From the IMG/VR virus record IMGVR_UViG_3300031965_000069, positions 1-41,725 of that record: 41,725 nucleotides of DNA. One strand, 5' to 3'. The translations under genes were made by a program, and so were the position numbers. Positions 19,393 to 28,074 of the stretch are shown here, in pieces (the first letter of the stretch is position 1; the number at the start of each line of letters is the position of its first letter). Source of the DNA: a virus (lineage: Duplodnaviria; Caudoviricetes). Under the pieces are notes generated by a model. The model searched no databases and was not told the DNA's origin. It saw only the letters and a list, made by a program, of their open reading frames with translations.

Positions 19393-21068
19393 ACTCCATT
19401 CGTATCACCCCAATCTCCGTAACTCGAATATGCAGGTGCTTCCTCGAAACTAAACCGCTTCCTAAACTTCTGATTATACTCAACCTCTCGGCGCGAATGG
19501 GTAAGTTTCATGGCTTGCGGTATCAGCGCCCATGCGTCAGCCCTATCAGGACTCGACCCACACACGGGCTTAATTTCCTCTTTCGGAATGAGGATAATCC
19601 GCCCATTCTTCTTCTTATACTTGGTGGCCGATAACTGCTTCATGAGCACATAATCATCATCTACCTGGAGATTGCCCGACCTCATCTGCTCGGACGCCTC
19701 GACATACGCTTCAGCCCGGCGGTTGAAGAATCTGGACGTATTTTCCGCCTTCTCACTGGACTTGAAAGCCACCACCTTGATACGGCTCGGGTTCAAGCCC
19801 AGCAAGGTATTCACGATCCCCAAAATATCATTCCCAATAGCATCCCCCATGATGACCTGCACCTTGTGCTTGTAGGCAAGTTGCACGATCTCAGCGGCCA
19901 AAGCTGTGGAGTTTGTTTTAGCCAACACCTTTTTCTCAGCTATACACCCGGCGTTCGCCACATAAACCACCGCCTCATCATCGCCTTCGGTTGCCGGGTC
20001 AAACACCAACACCTTACGGTCAAGTGATAGGGGAATATCCAAATTCTTCGCCACTTCCATTTTATCCCACTCAAAAAGAAGCCCTTCCTGCGACCCCTCG
20101 TAGGAGATGTCAAGCTCTTGGGCGATCTCAACCATGTCGTTGTTTCTCCGGGCAATTTCGTTTTCATACCACGGGGATGTAACGTTTTTGGTCTTCCTCC
20201 ACTGTTCGAACGCTTCTTTTGGGCCCAGCGGCATACCTTTATAATTAGCTCCCCTCGCCTTATCTGGGTGAAGCGTCCAGTGAAGGGTCTCGACCTTGAT
20301 CGACCCGGACTTCCTGATCCGCGCGAAGTGGTTACTAAGCCCATATGGAGTCGATACGGCAATCCTACAGTTGGTGGTGTCGGCTGACGACCGCCATGCA
20401 GAATTGTCAACTTCCCAAAAAGCAAACTCATCGAAAAGTATAGCCCTCTGCCGCCCACCTCGTGAAAACTGCGAGTTGGTAGCCTCCCCTGTGATGGACG
20501 ACTTGGTATCGGGATTGATGATCTTCATATAGGAGGTATGCTCATTTTGGTTGAAACCTTTGGGCAACATCCACTTTGGGGTGTTCTTCAGGATGAAGCG
20601 AATCTTCTCCATGAGGGTGGCCATGTCGCCGATTTTGTCCACATACTGCTCCTTTCTCGACCCGCATAGGAAGTCCATACCTTCCCCTTTGAAGAGCCAA
20701 AACCACGTGAATACGGCGAGCATACACCATGACGCGCCCATGTCACGGGACTTCTCAACCAAGATGTCTTCCTGATTTTGGATGGCGTCTTTAACATGCG
20801 TGATGAATTCGTCCTGGAAGCCGTAAGTGATAAAGGGGACTGAGACATTCTCGGCACGGGGGTTATACGTCCACGCGAAGGAGTTGACCCAGAACAAAAT
20901 CTCGTCTTTACAGATCGAATAAACCATACGTTTGACATCATCGGACTGGATACACTTTTGCATAAGTTTCAAGCGGTAATTGGCGTTGGAATCCAGCGTC
21001 TTTGGGTAGACGAGTGGGTTATCTGGTGAAGTGCATATGGGTTTTTCAGCTACGGTGGTCATCTCCAA
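19383..21068 (-). CDS. terL: terminase large subunit
   Basis: Walker A LVEKSRDMGASW, Walker B ILFDEFAF, motif III VSTPYG, nuclease FDPATEGDD and SPDRADA. Confidence 0.93.
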   Translation of the reverse strand: MEMTTVAEKPICTSPDNPLVYPKTLDSNANYRLKLMQKCIQSDDVKRMVYSICKDEILFWVNSFAWTYNPRAENVSVPFITYGFQDEFITHVKDAIQNQEDILVEKSRDMGASWCMLAVFTWFWLFKGEGMDFLCGSRKEQYVDKIGDMATLMEKIRFILKNTPKWMLPKGFNQNEHTSYMKIINPDTKSSITGEATNSQFSRGGRQRAILFDEFAFWEVDNSAWRSSADTTNCRIAVSTPYGLSNHFARIRKSGSIKVETLHWTLHPDKARGANYKGMPLGPKEAFEQWRKTKNVTSPWYENEIARRNNDMVEIAQELDISYEGSQEGLLFEWDKMEVAKNLDIPLSLDRKVLVFDPATEGDDEAVVYVANAGCIAEKKVLAKTNSTALAAEIVQLAYKHKVQVIMGDAIGNDILGIVNTLLGLNPSRIKVVAFKSSEKAENTSRFFNRRAEAYVEASEQMRSGNLQVDDDYVLMKQLSATKYKKKNGRIILIPKEEIKPVCGSSPDRADAWALIPQAMKLTHSRREVEYNQKFRKRFSFEEAPAYSSYGDWGDTNGVWS

Positions 21069-21322
21069 CCCTCAACCATCTGAAGGCAAATACGGCAAAG
21101 AAGATGGATACCGTTTCGGTTTAAAATCGCCCACTGGTTCCCCCGGCAATTTCCGCAGGTGACCTCTTTCATTTCCGAACCCTTAAAAGATTTGGTGAAA
21201 ATTTGCGGTGCGATGTCGCGCACATCCTTGCCGTTCATACGCATACGCATACGCTTTGAGGCCGGTTTAACTTTTCCGGTTTCAAAAAATGTGGCGCAAA
21301 TTTTTCGGGATTTCGTTTTCAC
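21059..21322 (-). CDS. small protein with CxxC...CxxC zinc ribbon
   Basis: CGNC...CRIC; overlaps the terL start. Confidence 0.45.
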   Translation of the reverse strand: MKTKSRKICATFFETGKVKPASKRMRMRMNGKDVRDIAPQIFTKSFKGSEMKEVTCGNCRGNQWAILNRNGIHLLCRICLQMVEGWR

Positions 21323-21677
21323 TTTTTCAGATTCACTGTTAAGTTAGGTGACTTAAAATGTTGATATTGGGAGACGGTGGATATATGTTGGCGGGCACTA
21401 CTGAGCATGCCCCCATCCCTCGCCACGCTCGGCCCTCCCCACGGCCGATGGGACCCGTTGCCCTGATCACGATAGCACTGTGTCACGGTGTCAATGTCCT
21501 ATAATCTATCTTATGTCGGGTACGGTAGATATGTAACATGTTTAAACTCAATGAGTTATGACAGTTAATAGAATGTTAGTGCTAACGAAACTAGCAATGC
21601 TTAACTATCCTAACAATCTGAATGTTGTGAAACTGAAAAATAAAGCTTGACATATCTTGAATCTTGTGAACGTGATC

Positions 21678-22127
21678 TTAACCTAACAGGTTGCGGAGCT
21701 GGCCCAGTTTTGCTGGTGTCGGTGTGCCAATGTCGACGTTAAAATTTAGGTTGACATTTCGTGATTCGTGTGAACGTGAGCCGGAGCCGAGGCGGCCTTT
21801 CAGCTCGTGTACCATGCGAATAGCCTTCAACGCCGTTGGATCATCACCCTCCCTTAATATCCGCTCATGCCGAGAATTCGCGTTGATATCAGTCAACCCT
21901 TGAGACTCCATCAAACGCAAAAATGCATCTTGAACCTCTGGTCTGTCCATCAAACGTGATGCGAGTTCTTTTGATCCACCATTAGCATCGGGATATACGG
22001 CTTTGTAAGATCGCGTCTGATTAAGGTAGGTCGGGGAATTAGGATCGGCTAATCGCTGGACAAACTCTTTATGGCGCATTTCAACAATTTGAGATTTTGT
22101 CTCTGGTGTTGAAATTTTATTAACCAT
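21678..22127 (-). CDS. terS: terminase small subunit (putative)
   Basis: F...L......NQTRSYKAVY......ASRLM.RPEV HTH pattern; first gene of the packaging operon. Confidence 0.7.
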   Translation of the reverse strand: MVNKISTPETKSQIVEMRHKEFVQRLADPNSPTYLNQTRSYKAVYPDANGGSKELASRLMDRPEVQDAFLRLMESQGLTDINANSRHERILREGDDPTALKAIRMVHELKGRLGSGSRSHESRNVNLNFNVDIGTPTPAKLGQLRNLLG

Positions 22128-22133
22128 GCTAAA

Positions 22134-22163
22134 AATCTACCACAAGATGTGGTGGTCTGTCAA
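22134..22163 (-). promoter_or_regulatory. promoter TTGACA-N18-TAGATT with TG extension, 6 nt before the terS ATG
   Basis: perfect -35; no Shine-Dalgarno before the ATG, suggesting a leaderless mRNA. Confidence 0.6.
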
Positions 22164-22216
22164 GAGGCAGATACTATGGGTTGATTTTGAGCTGGAAATT
22201 ATTTTTTGGAATGGGC

Positions 22217-22245
22217 TTGACATTGGGACTGCATTAGTGCATAAT
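22217..22245 (+). promoter_or_regulatory. promoter TTGACA-N17-CATAAT, divergent from terS
   Basis: near-consensus sigma70 elements upstream of the plus-strand cluster. Confidence 0.7.
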
Positions 22246-22290
22246 GTGTGTAGTTGCATGAGTGATGACATTAATAAGGAGGGAGCGACG

Positions 22291-22464
22291 ATGCAAACGA
22301 AGCAAGCAACAAACACAAAAAAACCAGTGAGGCCAACAAATTGCGATTACTGCGGAGAAAGTTTTGCGGATCAAACGAACGTGCTCAATGAAAGCATCGG
22401 ATACGTACCACAATATAGAGCTTGGGTACATGAAGATTGCTACGAAGACCATCACGGGAGATAA
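22291..22464 (+). CDS. small zinc-finger-like protein (CDYC...HEDC)
   Basis: AAGGAGG RBS before ATG 22291. Confidence 0.6.
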   Translation: MQTKQATNTKKPVRPTNCDYCGESFADQTNVLNESIGYVPQYRAWVHEDCYEDHHGR

Positions 22465-22550
22465 TCAAATGACTTGGATTGAATTTATGAAGTATCAGCA
22501 GTCCTGGACGGATGAACAGTGGAGCGAGTATCAAGAGAAAGGGTGAAACG

Positions 22551-22991
22551 ATGAGGTATCAATCGGGCGCGTTTGGGGTGATCTGGTGGGTAGTGATATT
22601 GGCCGTCCTGCTCGTTATATGTGGGTGTGATGGGCAATGGGGGGACGATCTGGGGAGTAAAACGTCTCTGGCGGCCGCTCAGGTGGGTAAAACGGTACGT
22701 CTGCCAACTCTCTTAAACGCCATCAGGAGGGCCGAAGGCAACCCTAACTACGGGCTACTCTCTCAGGCCTCGTGTGTAGATGAGCCTGGAATGTGCCGGT
22801 ACCTAGCCGGTGAGGTGGTGAGGATACACCTAACTAGGTGTCGGGATGGTGAGGACGCTGTAGGGTGTATAGCGAGGCAATGGGCGCCTATCGGGGTCAG
22901 TAACGACCCGGACGGGCTTAACGTCAATTGGGAGAGAAATGTGCGGTATTTCCTAGCGAGGGGGGAAAATAAAAATGGAAAATCCGGCTGA
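22551..22991 (+). CDS. membrane-anchored / lipoprotein lysozyme-like cell-wall hydrolase
   Basis: hydrophobic N-terminus ending ICGC; AIRRAEG catalytic-Glu-like motif; C-terminal WAPIG..NDP.GLN.NW..NV. Confidence 0.6.
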   Translation: MRYQSGAFGVIWWVVILAVLLVICGCDGQWGDDLGSKTSLAAAQVGKTVRLPTLLNAIRRAEGNPNYGLLSQASCVDEPGMCRYLAGEVVRIHLTRCRDGEDAVGCIARQWAPIGVSNDPDGLNVNWERNVRYFLARGENKNGKSG

Positions 22992-23268
22992 TAATGCATG
23001 GAGAAATTATGAAGAACATCTGGACGAGTGGCTACACGGCGAGCCAAACATGTATGAGGAGTTTTATGCTTGGTTGCAGGAGTGCCCGGCGAGCGTCCAG
23101 GATTTGGCGGATAAGGTGAGTAAAGGTCAGCCGCTCTTTGAGGGGCTGATAGAGCAGTGGTTCCGGGAAGAGCCGTCGAAGGAGTCGGCCTTCTGGGTAT
23201 ACGCTCAAGGTGTGGAAGAGGCCAAACTTACGGAGGGGCCAGAGTATGAGCCAGATGACGAGATATAA
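22975..23268 (+). CDS. acidic hypothetical protein
   Basis: G-rich RBS; operon packing. Confidence 0.55.
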   Translation: MENPADNAWRNYEEHLDEWLHGEPNMYEEFYAWLQECPASVQDLADKVSKGQPLFEGLIEQWFREEPSKESAFWVYAQGVEEAKLTEGPEYEPDDEI

Positions 23269-23429
23269 ATGCGCGGGATGTGAGGTGGACGCGCATTGTG
23301 ATGGTTTGTTTTTGCCATGCACGTGCGAGTGTTGTCCGCACAACCACGATAAAAATAATCTGCTCGTATACGATGCAATCCACGAGGCAATTAAAGCTGA
23401 GGAAAGATTAATAAAGAAAAGGAAATATC

Positions 23430-23615
23430 ATGAAAAATAAACGGGTACGTAAACAGGTATTGGTATCAGAGGCAATATGGCAACGGCTTATCTTAGCAAC
23501 GCATCGATTCGATAACGGCGAGGGTGTGCAGAGACTGACAGGTAATATACTGCGCGACTGGGTTGTAAAAAACGCCCACGATGTTGCGTTGCCGGTAATA
23601 GATATTAACGAGTAA
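23430..23615 (+). CDS. small putative DNA-binding protein (ribbon-helix-helix-like)
   Basis: RKQVLVSEAIWQRL strand-helix pattern. Confidence 0.35.
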   Translation: MKNKRVRKQVLVSEAIWQRLILATHRFDNGEGVQRLTGNILRDWVVKNAHDVALPVIDINE

Positions 23616-23648
23616 TATCAACGTGATCGACCAACTGGGGAGGCAGCC

Positions 23649-23846
23649 ATGAGTATGTACTATAAGCCGAGGAATAAGACGGAGTTGATTGAGCAGATCG
23701 CGCGGAGTGGGTACAGAGAGCGGAGGAAACTCCGCAACCTGCCCGTACGGATACTCTGGGGTGTGAGGAAAGATATGCTCGCCTGGTTTGAGAGCCGCCA
23801 TGGGCAATATAGCGAGGTTATCCGAGAGGTGGGACGGCTCGCTTGA
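23649..23846 (+). CDS. small basic hypothetical protein
   Basis: GGAGG RBS; last gene of the cluster. Confidence 0.5.
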   Translation: MSMYYKPRNKTELIEQIARSGYRERRKLRNLPVRILWGVRKDMLAWFESRHGQYSEVIREVGRLA

Positions 23847-24399
23847 CCCAAGATAAATAAATCTGAAAAACCTTACGGAGAGCTCGAACATCATCCAGCG
23901 CATCATGCGTCTGTTTCCCCAGTCCTAACTTCTCCATAATCGTCGCGAGTTTCATGTTTGGGACATCCAATACCCCGGCCAGTTTCATAACAGTCGTAAT
24001 CGCTATCAAATCAATTTTGTGGTAGTGGATGTACGATCCAAAATAATGATCGTTATGTTTTACAAAAAAGAACTTCAGAAAATCATAATCAAACTGCGCG
24101 TTCTGAGCAACCAAATAAAATTTATCCTTTTTATTGTACTTATCAATATACTTATCAAAAATCCGCTTAAGACTCACCAGCGATTCACTCCCTGAAGGAT
24201 ACCCCCTCAAATCCTCCATCGTAACCCCATTTACAGCTAGAGCGTCCGCATTGATAAAATCCCCCTTAAGCGGGCGGCAATTTATATAAAACTCCTCGAC
24301 TACCTCGCCGTCGATCTCCACGATCCCAGCAACTTGAATCATAGCGTTTGTTGCCGGATCAAGTCCCGTTGTCTCACAATCCAAAAAAATCAATTTCAT
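23818..24399 (-). CDS. DEDDh 3'-5' exonuclease (DnaQ-like)
   Basis: IFLDCETTG, AQNAQFD, HDALDDV. Confidence 0.92.
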   Translation of the reverse strand: MKLIFLDCETTGLDPATNAMIQVAGIVEIDGEVVEEFYINCRPLKGDFINADALAVNGVTMEDLRGYPSGSESLVSLKRIFDKYIDKYNKKDKFYLVAQNAQFDYDFLKFFFVKHNDHYFGSYIHYHKIDLIAITTVMKLAGVLDVPNMKLATIMEKLGLGKQTHDALDDVRALRKVFQIYLSWVKRAVPPLG

Positions 24400-24582
24400 A
24401 TCCTTTTTGAAATCCTTTCTTTAAGTTCCTTAATATCCTCCGTACTACACGAAAACCGCACCCTATACCGCTCAATCAGCCCCCCAAGCTCCAACCTCAT
24501 AATAAAGTATTTGTTCTTATTAACAACGCAGTCAATCCGCCTAGAACGCTCTAAAATCCAGCAAAACGCCGCTTTTTTCTCA

Positions 24583-24901
24583 TTTGTCATATTTGTCATG
24601 CTTTGTCATGCGATTTGTCATGCCTTAATCATATACAACACAAACACTTATAAGAATAAATGACAAATATGACAAAACTCTCCTTTGTAGTAATTAGAAA
24701 AAAAATGGTTGCTTGTGTGGACACCTTATATAAGGAAGAGAGAGAAAAGGGAGTGATATCCACAGGTTATCAACAGATAAATATAATATTATCCTAAAGG
24801 TTGGAGAAAAAAGTGTCATTTTTGGAATTTTACGTAACCCCTTTACTTTTGTACACTTAAGCTATGACAATTAAAATTTCAATCGTCATGCGATTTGTCA
24901 T
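24583..24901. repeat. putative replication origin: TTTGTCAT iterons, 17-bp inverted repeat, two DnaA-box-like 9-mers
   Basis: TTTGTCAT at 24583, 24592, 24602, 24614, 24894; inverted copy at 24660-24676; ATATCCACA 24756 and TTATCAACA 24767. Confidence 0.55.
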
Positions 24902-26189
24902 AAATGTTAATAGATATTCCACTCAGCCCCCGTGAAGCCATAGTTCTGTCTCTATTAACAATTGGGAAGTTTTCACAAATCTCCTTCAAAAGAAGCCGCT
25001 TTTTGAGTGGCTTAACCCCGTTACTCTTACAGTATCTGGTATATGCCTCGTAAATCTCATTACTCTCAACAAACGCCCCACCACCCAATTCACACTCCTC
25101 AGTCACAAAATCCAGCACATTGTTATTTTCCCTTTTGTAAACATCCAACAGTTCATCCACTTGGCCACTCCTGGAAAACCCGCTCGTTTTTAGCCGTATT
25201 AGCCCCTCCAACATCCAGTTAAGCACCCCCGGCCCTTCCTCACCCCCTATTTGCTCTCCAAGTTTAAATATGCGCTTACCCTCATCCACCGTATGGTTAA
25301 ATGGTATGGCGATTATCCGCCTAAAATAGGCGGACGTTTTATCGGACACTTGGGGCAGGTTATTGATTGAGTATATTTGTTTGCAAAGCGGTCGGAAACT
25401 AAACGGGTGTTGATATTTACGATCCACTGTAACAGCTTCGCCTGAAGCGATCCTTTTAATCATGGATTCGCAAACTTCAGCTTTAGCGTTCGACTCAACT
25501 GAAATATTTACGAGCTTCCCGAATAACATAGCCAGGTAACTGGGTTTTTTAAAATCATCCAGCGACACCACAGAGTACGAGTCCTCCCCAAACACCGTCT
25601 TAACGACATCAGTGACGACCGATTTGCCGTTTGCTCCGTTGCCGACCATAAAAAGCACCTTCTCGTTATTAGTCCTATAGTCGAGGCAATACCCGAGGTA
25701 CTCTTGTAGTATTTGGATTTTTTGCGTGTCATCACCGAGCATTTCGTGCAAAAAATTAATCCATTTAGCGCACTTAGCCGTTTTATCGTATTTAACATCT
25801 AATTGAATCGTCGAAAAAATAGTAGGAGTGTGTTTTATTAGCTCGAGGTTGTGATTTAGAATTCCATTTTTAACGTTTAAAACGGCATCTATATTGATTT
25901 CGCTTTCTTCTTTAAAACAATCGCATATGAGGGATTCTTTAATTTCACGGTACTTATTCAGCCTAAAATCATCACGTAGAATTTCTTTAACAATAACTTT
26001 CAGATCAGTTTCAGACATCTCTTTGTACCGGCCTTTTTTATAAACAAAAAATGTTTCTTGCGTGTAGATGATGTCGTAAATGCCGCGGATGTCACGGGCC
26101 ACGACATTTGGGTTTGTGGCCTTTTTTTTATCTTCAGCGCTTTTGGCGCTCATTTTATGTAATGTTTCTTCTAAGGCGCTGTCTTGCAT
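24879..26189 (-). CDS. D5/P4-family SF3 helicase (phage/plasmid primase C-terminal part)
   Basis: LNVKNG, LQEYLGYCL, Walker A GNGANGKS, LFGKLVN...E, NNLP...D...AYFRRI. Confidence 0.9.
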   Translation of the reverse strand: MQDSALEETLHKMSAKSAEDKKKATNPNVVARDIRGIYDIIYTQETFFVYKKGRYKEMSETDLKVIVKEILRDDFRLNKYREIKESLICDCFKEESEINIDAVLNVKNGILNHNLELIKHTPTIFSTIQLDVKYDKTAKCAKWINFLHEMLGDDTQKIQILQEYLGYCLDYRTNNEKVLFMVGNGANGKSVVTDVVKTVFGEDSYSVVSLDDFKKPSYLAMLFGKLVNISVESNAKAEVCESMIKRIASGEAVTVDRKYQHPFSFRPLCKQIYSINNLPQVSDKTSAYFRRIIAIPFNHTVDEGKRIFKLGEQIGGEEGPGVLNWMLEGLIRLKTSGFSRSGQVDELLDVYKRENNNVLDFVTEECELGGGAFVESNEIYEAYTRYCKSNGVKPLKKRLLLKEICENFPIVNRDRTMASRGLSGISINIYDKSHDD

Positions 26190-26679
26190 TAGTAAGTTCC
26201 TTTAATTTTTCTTCCAACTCTTCTATTTTGTTGTTTAGATTTTCGATTTGTGAGAACCATTCGGCATCGTGCTCCATTGGTAGAGTGAGTGAAACCCTAC
26301 GCCCGTAACACCGTAACATCGAATACGTGTCCTCCAAATCGTCTAACAAGTATTGGCGCATTACCTCGTAGTTTTCATTTAACGCCTCAAGGTAGTAGTT
26401 GCGTTTAGGTTTGCCTTCTTTGTAGGGGATTCCAAGGATTTGCGAGGCCCTAGCCACGGCGTCCCTAAAGCCGAGTCCCTCCATTTTTCGTATAAAGGTG
26501 ACGGCGTCCCCGCCAGCGCCGCAACCGAAGCACTTAAAAATAAACCCCTTCCACGAAAAGGAAGCTGTTCTCTCTTCATGGAAGGGGCACACGGATTTTC
26601 GGTGTCTATGCGGGATTCCGTAGTGATCCAGAAAGACACCCATACCCCGAGATTTGATTTCCTCGAGGATTTTTTGCAT
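26155..26679 (-). CDS. CHC2 zinc-finger (DnaG N-terminal-like) protein
   Basis: CPFHEERTASF...FKCFGCGAGGD..F....EG..F..A. Confidence 0.85.
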   Translation of the reverse strand: MQKILEEIKSRGMGVFLDHYGIPHRHRKSVCPFHEERTASFSWKGFIFKCFGCGAGGDAVTFIRKMEGLGFRDAVARASQILGIPYKEGKPKRNYYLEALNENYEVMRQYLLDDLEDTYSMLRCYGRRVSLTLPMEHDAEWFSQIENLNNKIEELEEKLKELTNARQRLRRNIT

Positions 26680-26680
26680 T

Positions 26681-27400
26681 TTAGAACGTTGTCTCTGTGG
26701 TTTCTTCTTCCTCCTCATGGACCTGGATATCCTTGCCGCGAAAGTCGGTGTAGTATTTCTCGGCTAGAGCGTATTCAGCATCCGTAGGTTTACCTTGCAT
26801 AGCGACATTCAGAACATAGAAGTCGCCTGAGTCGTTCTGGCGGGACTTTGTCGTGAGCTTGTACTTCCTGCTAAACATATCACCACCCGAGAAGCGCGCG
26901 AGCGACAGAAGCGTTTTACCTGACTTGTAGCTTGTGTTACAGAACGACACGATGATCGGTATCGTAACCCCTTCAAAAAGACTGAAGAAGTTGAGGAACG
27001 CCGTAGCCAAAGGCGGCGTGTCCCCATTCCACACACCGTCGTTTTTAAGCCGATCGTCTGTCGGGTCACTCGTCCGGTAGATGATCGCGCCCTTCTCGTA
27101 GTTCGGATCGTATCCGGGGTGTTCTTTTTTTCTGGGGTTAAAGCGTATCCAGTTCTTAAAGAAAAACACCGGGATGAAGTTCTCCGGGAGTTCTTCCTTG
27201 GTGATGGAGTTTATAATTTTCCCAGGCTGGGTGCCGTCTTTTACTTCCGGGGAGAGGGCCTCGATCTTCTTGGCCCTCGGGATTAAGATGTCAGACCGAT
27301 CTATCGGCTCCTCGAAACCCCGTGCCACTGCCTTGTCCGCCGTCACCTTTGCCACTTCGCCCGTCTCGTTCTTCGCTACTTCGTTTTTATCACTGGTCAT
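26681..27400 (-). CDS. putative ssDNA-binding / recombination protein
   Basis: D..IPR......SP motif, acidic C-terminal tail EEEETTETTF, replication-module context. Confidence 0.5.
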   Translation of the reverse strand: MTSDKNEVAKNETGEVAKVTADKAVARGFEEPIDRSDILIPRAKKIEALSPEVKDGTQPGKIINSITKEELPENFIPVFFFKNWIRFNPRKKEHPGYDPNYEKGAIIYRTSDPTDDRLKNDGVWNGDTPPLATAFLNFFSLFEGVTIPIIVSFCNTSYKSGKTLLSLARFSGGDMFSRKYKLTTKSRQNDSGDFYVLNVAMQGKPTDAEYALAEKYYTDFRGKDIQVHEEEEETTETTF

Positions 27401-27786
27401 GATGTTATCCTCGTTGTTCTTTTAAATGCTACATTGATAAATTCGGGAAGCGCCTCACCGCTCTCCGTCATTTCACTCACCCAGCTCGACAAGGTACTCG
27501 GATGCACACCCGGCTTGATGAGATCGTCTCTACCAATTTTGCGCAGAAAAGAAAACAGGGTTTCCTGATTCTCTTTTAACACACTGGCGAAAAGACGAGG
27601 TTTTTCAAGACTGACGCGTCCAACGTCATATTTGGCGGTGGAAGATGCGTCACGGGCTTCTAAGTCCTCGACGAGCTTTGACTGGATTTCATCGAACCGT
27701 CTCTGGCACTCTTTTTTAGCGTCTTCTGCTTTTCTAAGAGCGTCACGAGCTGCCTTGTATTCAATCACAAGCTCTCTTTCGTTCAT
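27397..27786 (-). CDS. phage hypothetical protein (coiled coil plus VHPSTLSSWV)
   Basis: AGGAGG RBS; usual neighbour of SSB-like genes. Confidence 0.55.
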   Translation of the reverse strand: MNERELVIEYKAARDALRKAEDAKKECQRRFDEIQSKLVEDLEARDASSTAKYDVGRVSLEKPRLFASVLKENQETLFSFLRKIGRDDLIKPGVHPSTLSSWVSEMTESGEALPEFINVAFKRTTRITS

Positions 27787-27789
27787 AAA

Positions 27790-28074
27790 TCACCTCCTAT
27801 CTATGATTTTTTTAACCTGTTCGACGCTTCTTACCACGAACGCCAAGGCCCCGGCGTCGTTTAAGGCCTGTAGCGTGTAAAGCTGTAGGTGTGTGGCCTT
27901 GCCTGATTCGGTTTTCACTTCAAAGAAATATGTGCGGCTTGTGGACCGTCCTCGCTTGTGGATGAACATGAGATCGGGGAGGCCACTAACCCAACGATCC
28001 GAAAGCTTTACCGTGAACCCTTTTTTTGTTTTCAGATACCTAAGAATTCTTGCTTGGATTTGTGATTCTCTCAT
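27790..28074 (-). CDS. VRR-NUC (PD-(D/E)XK) nuclease
   Basis: RESQIQ, SGLPDL, FFEVKT..GK....Q, VVRSVE. Confidence 0.88.
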   Translation of the reverse strand: MRESQIQARILRYLKTKKGFTVKLSDRWVSGLPDLMFIHKRGRSTSRTYFFEVKTESGKATHLQLYTLQALNDAGALAFVVRSVEQVKKIIDRR

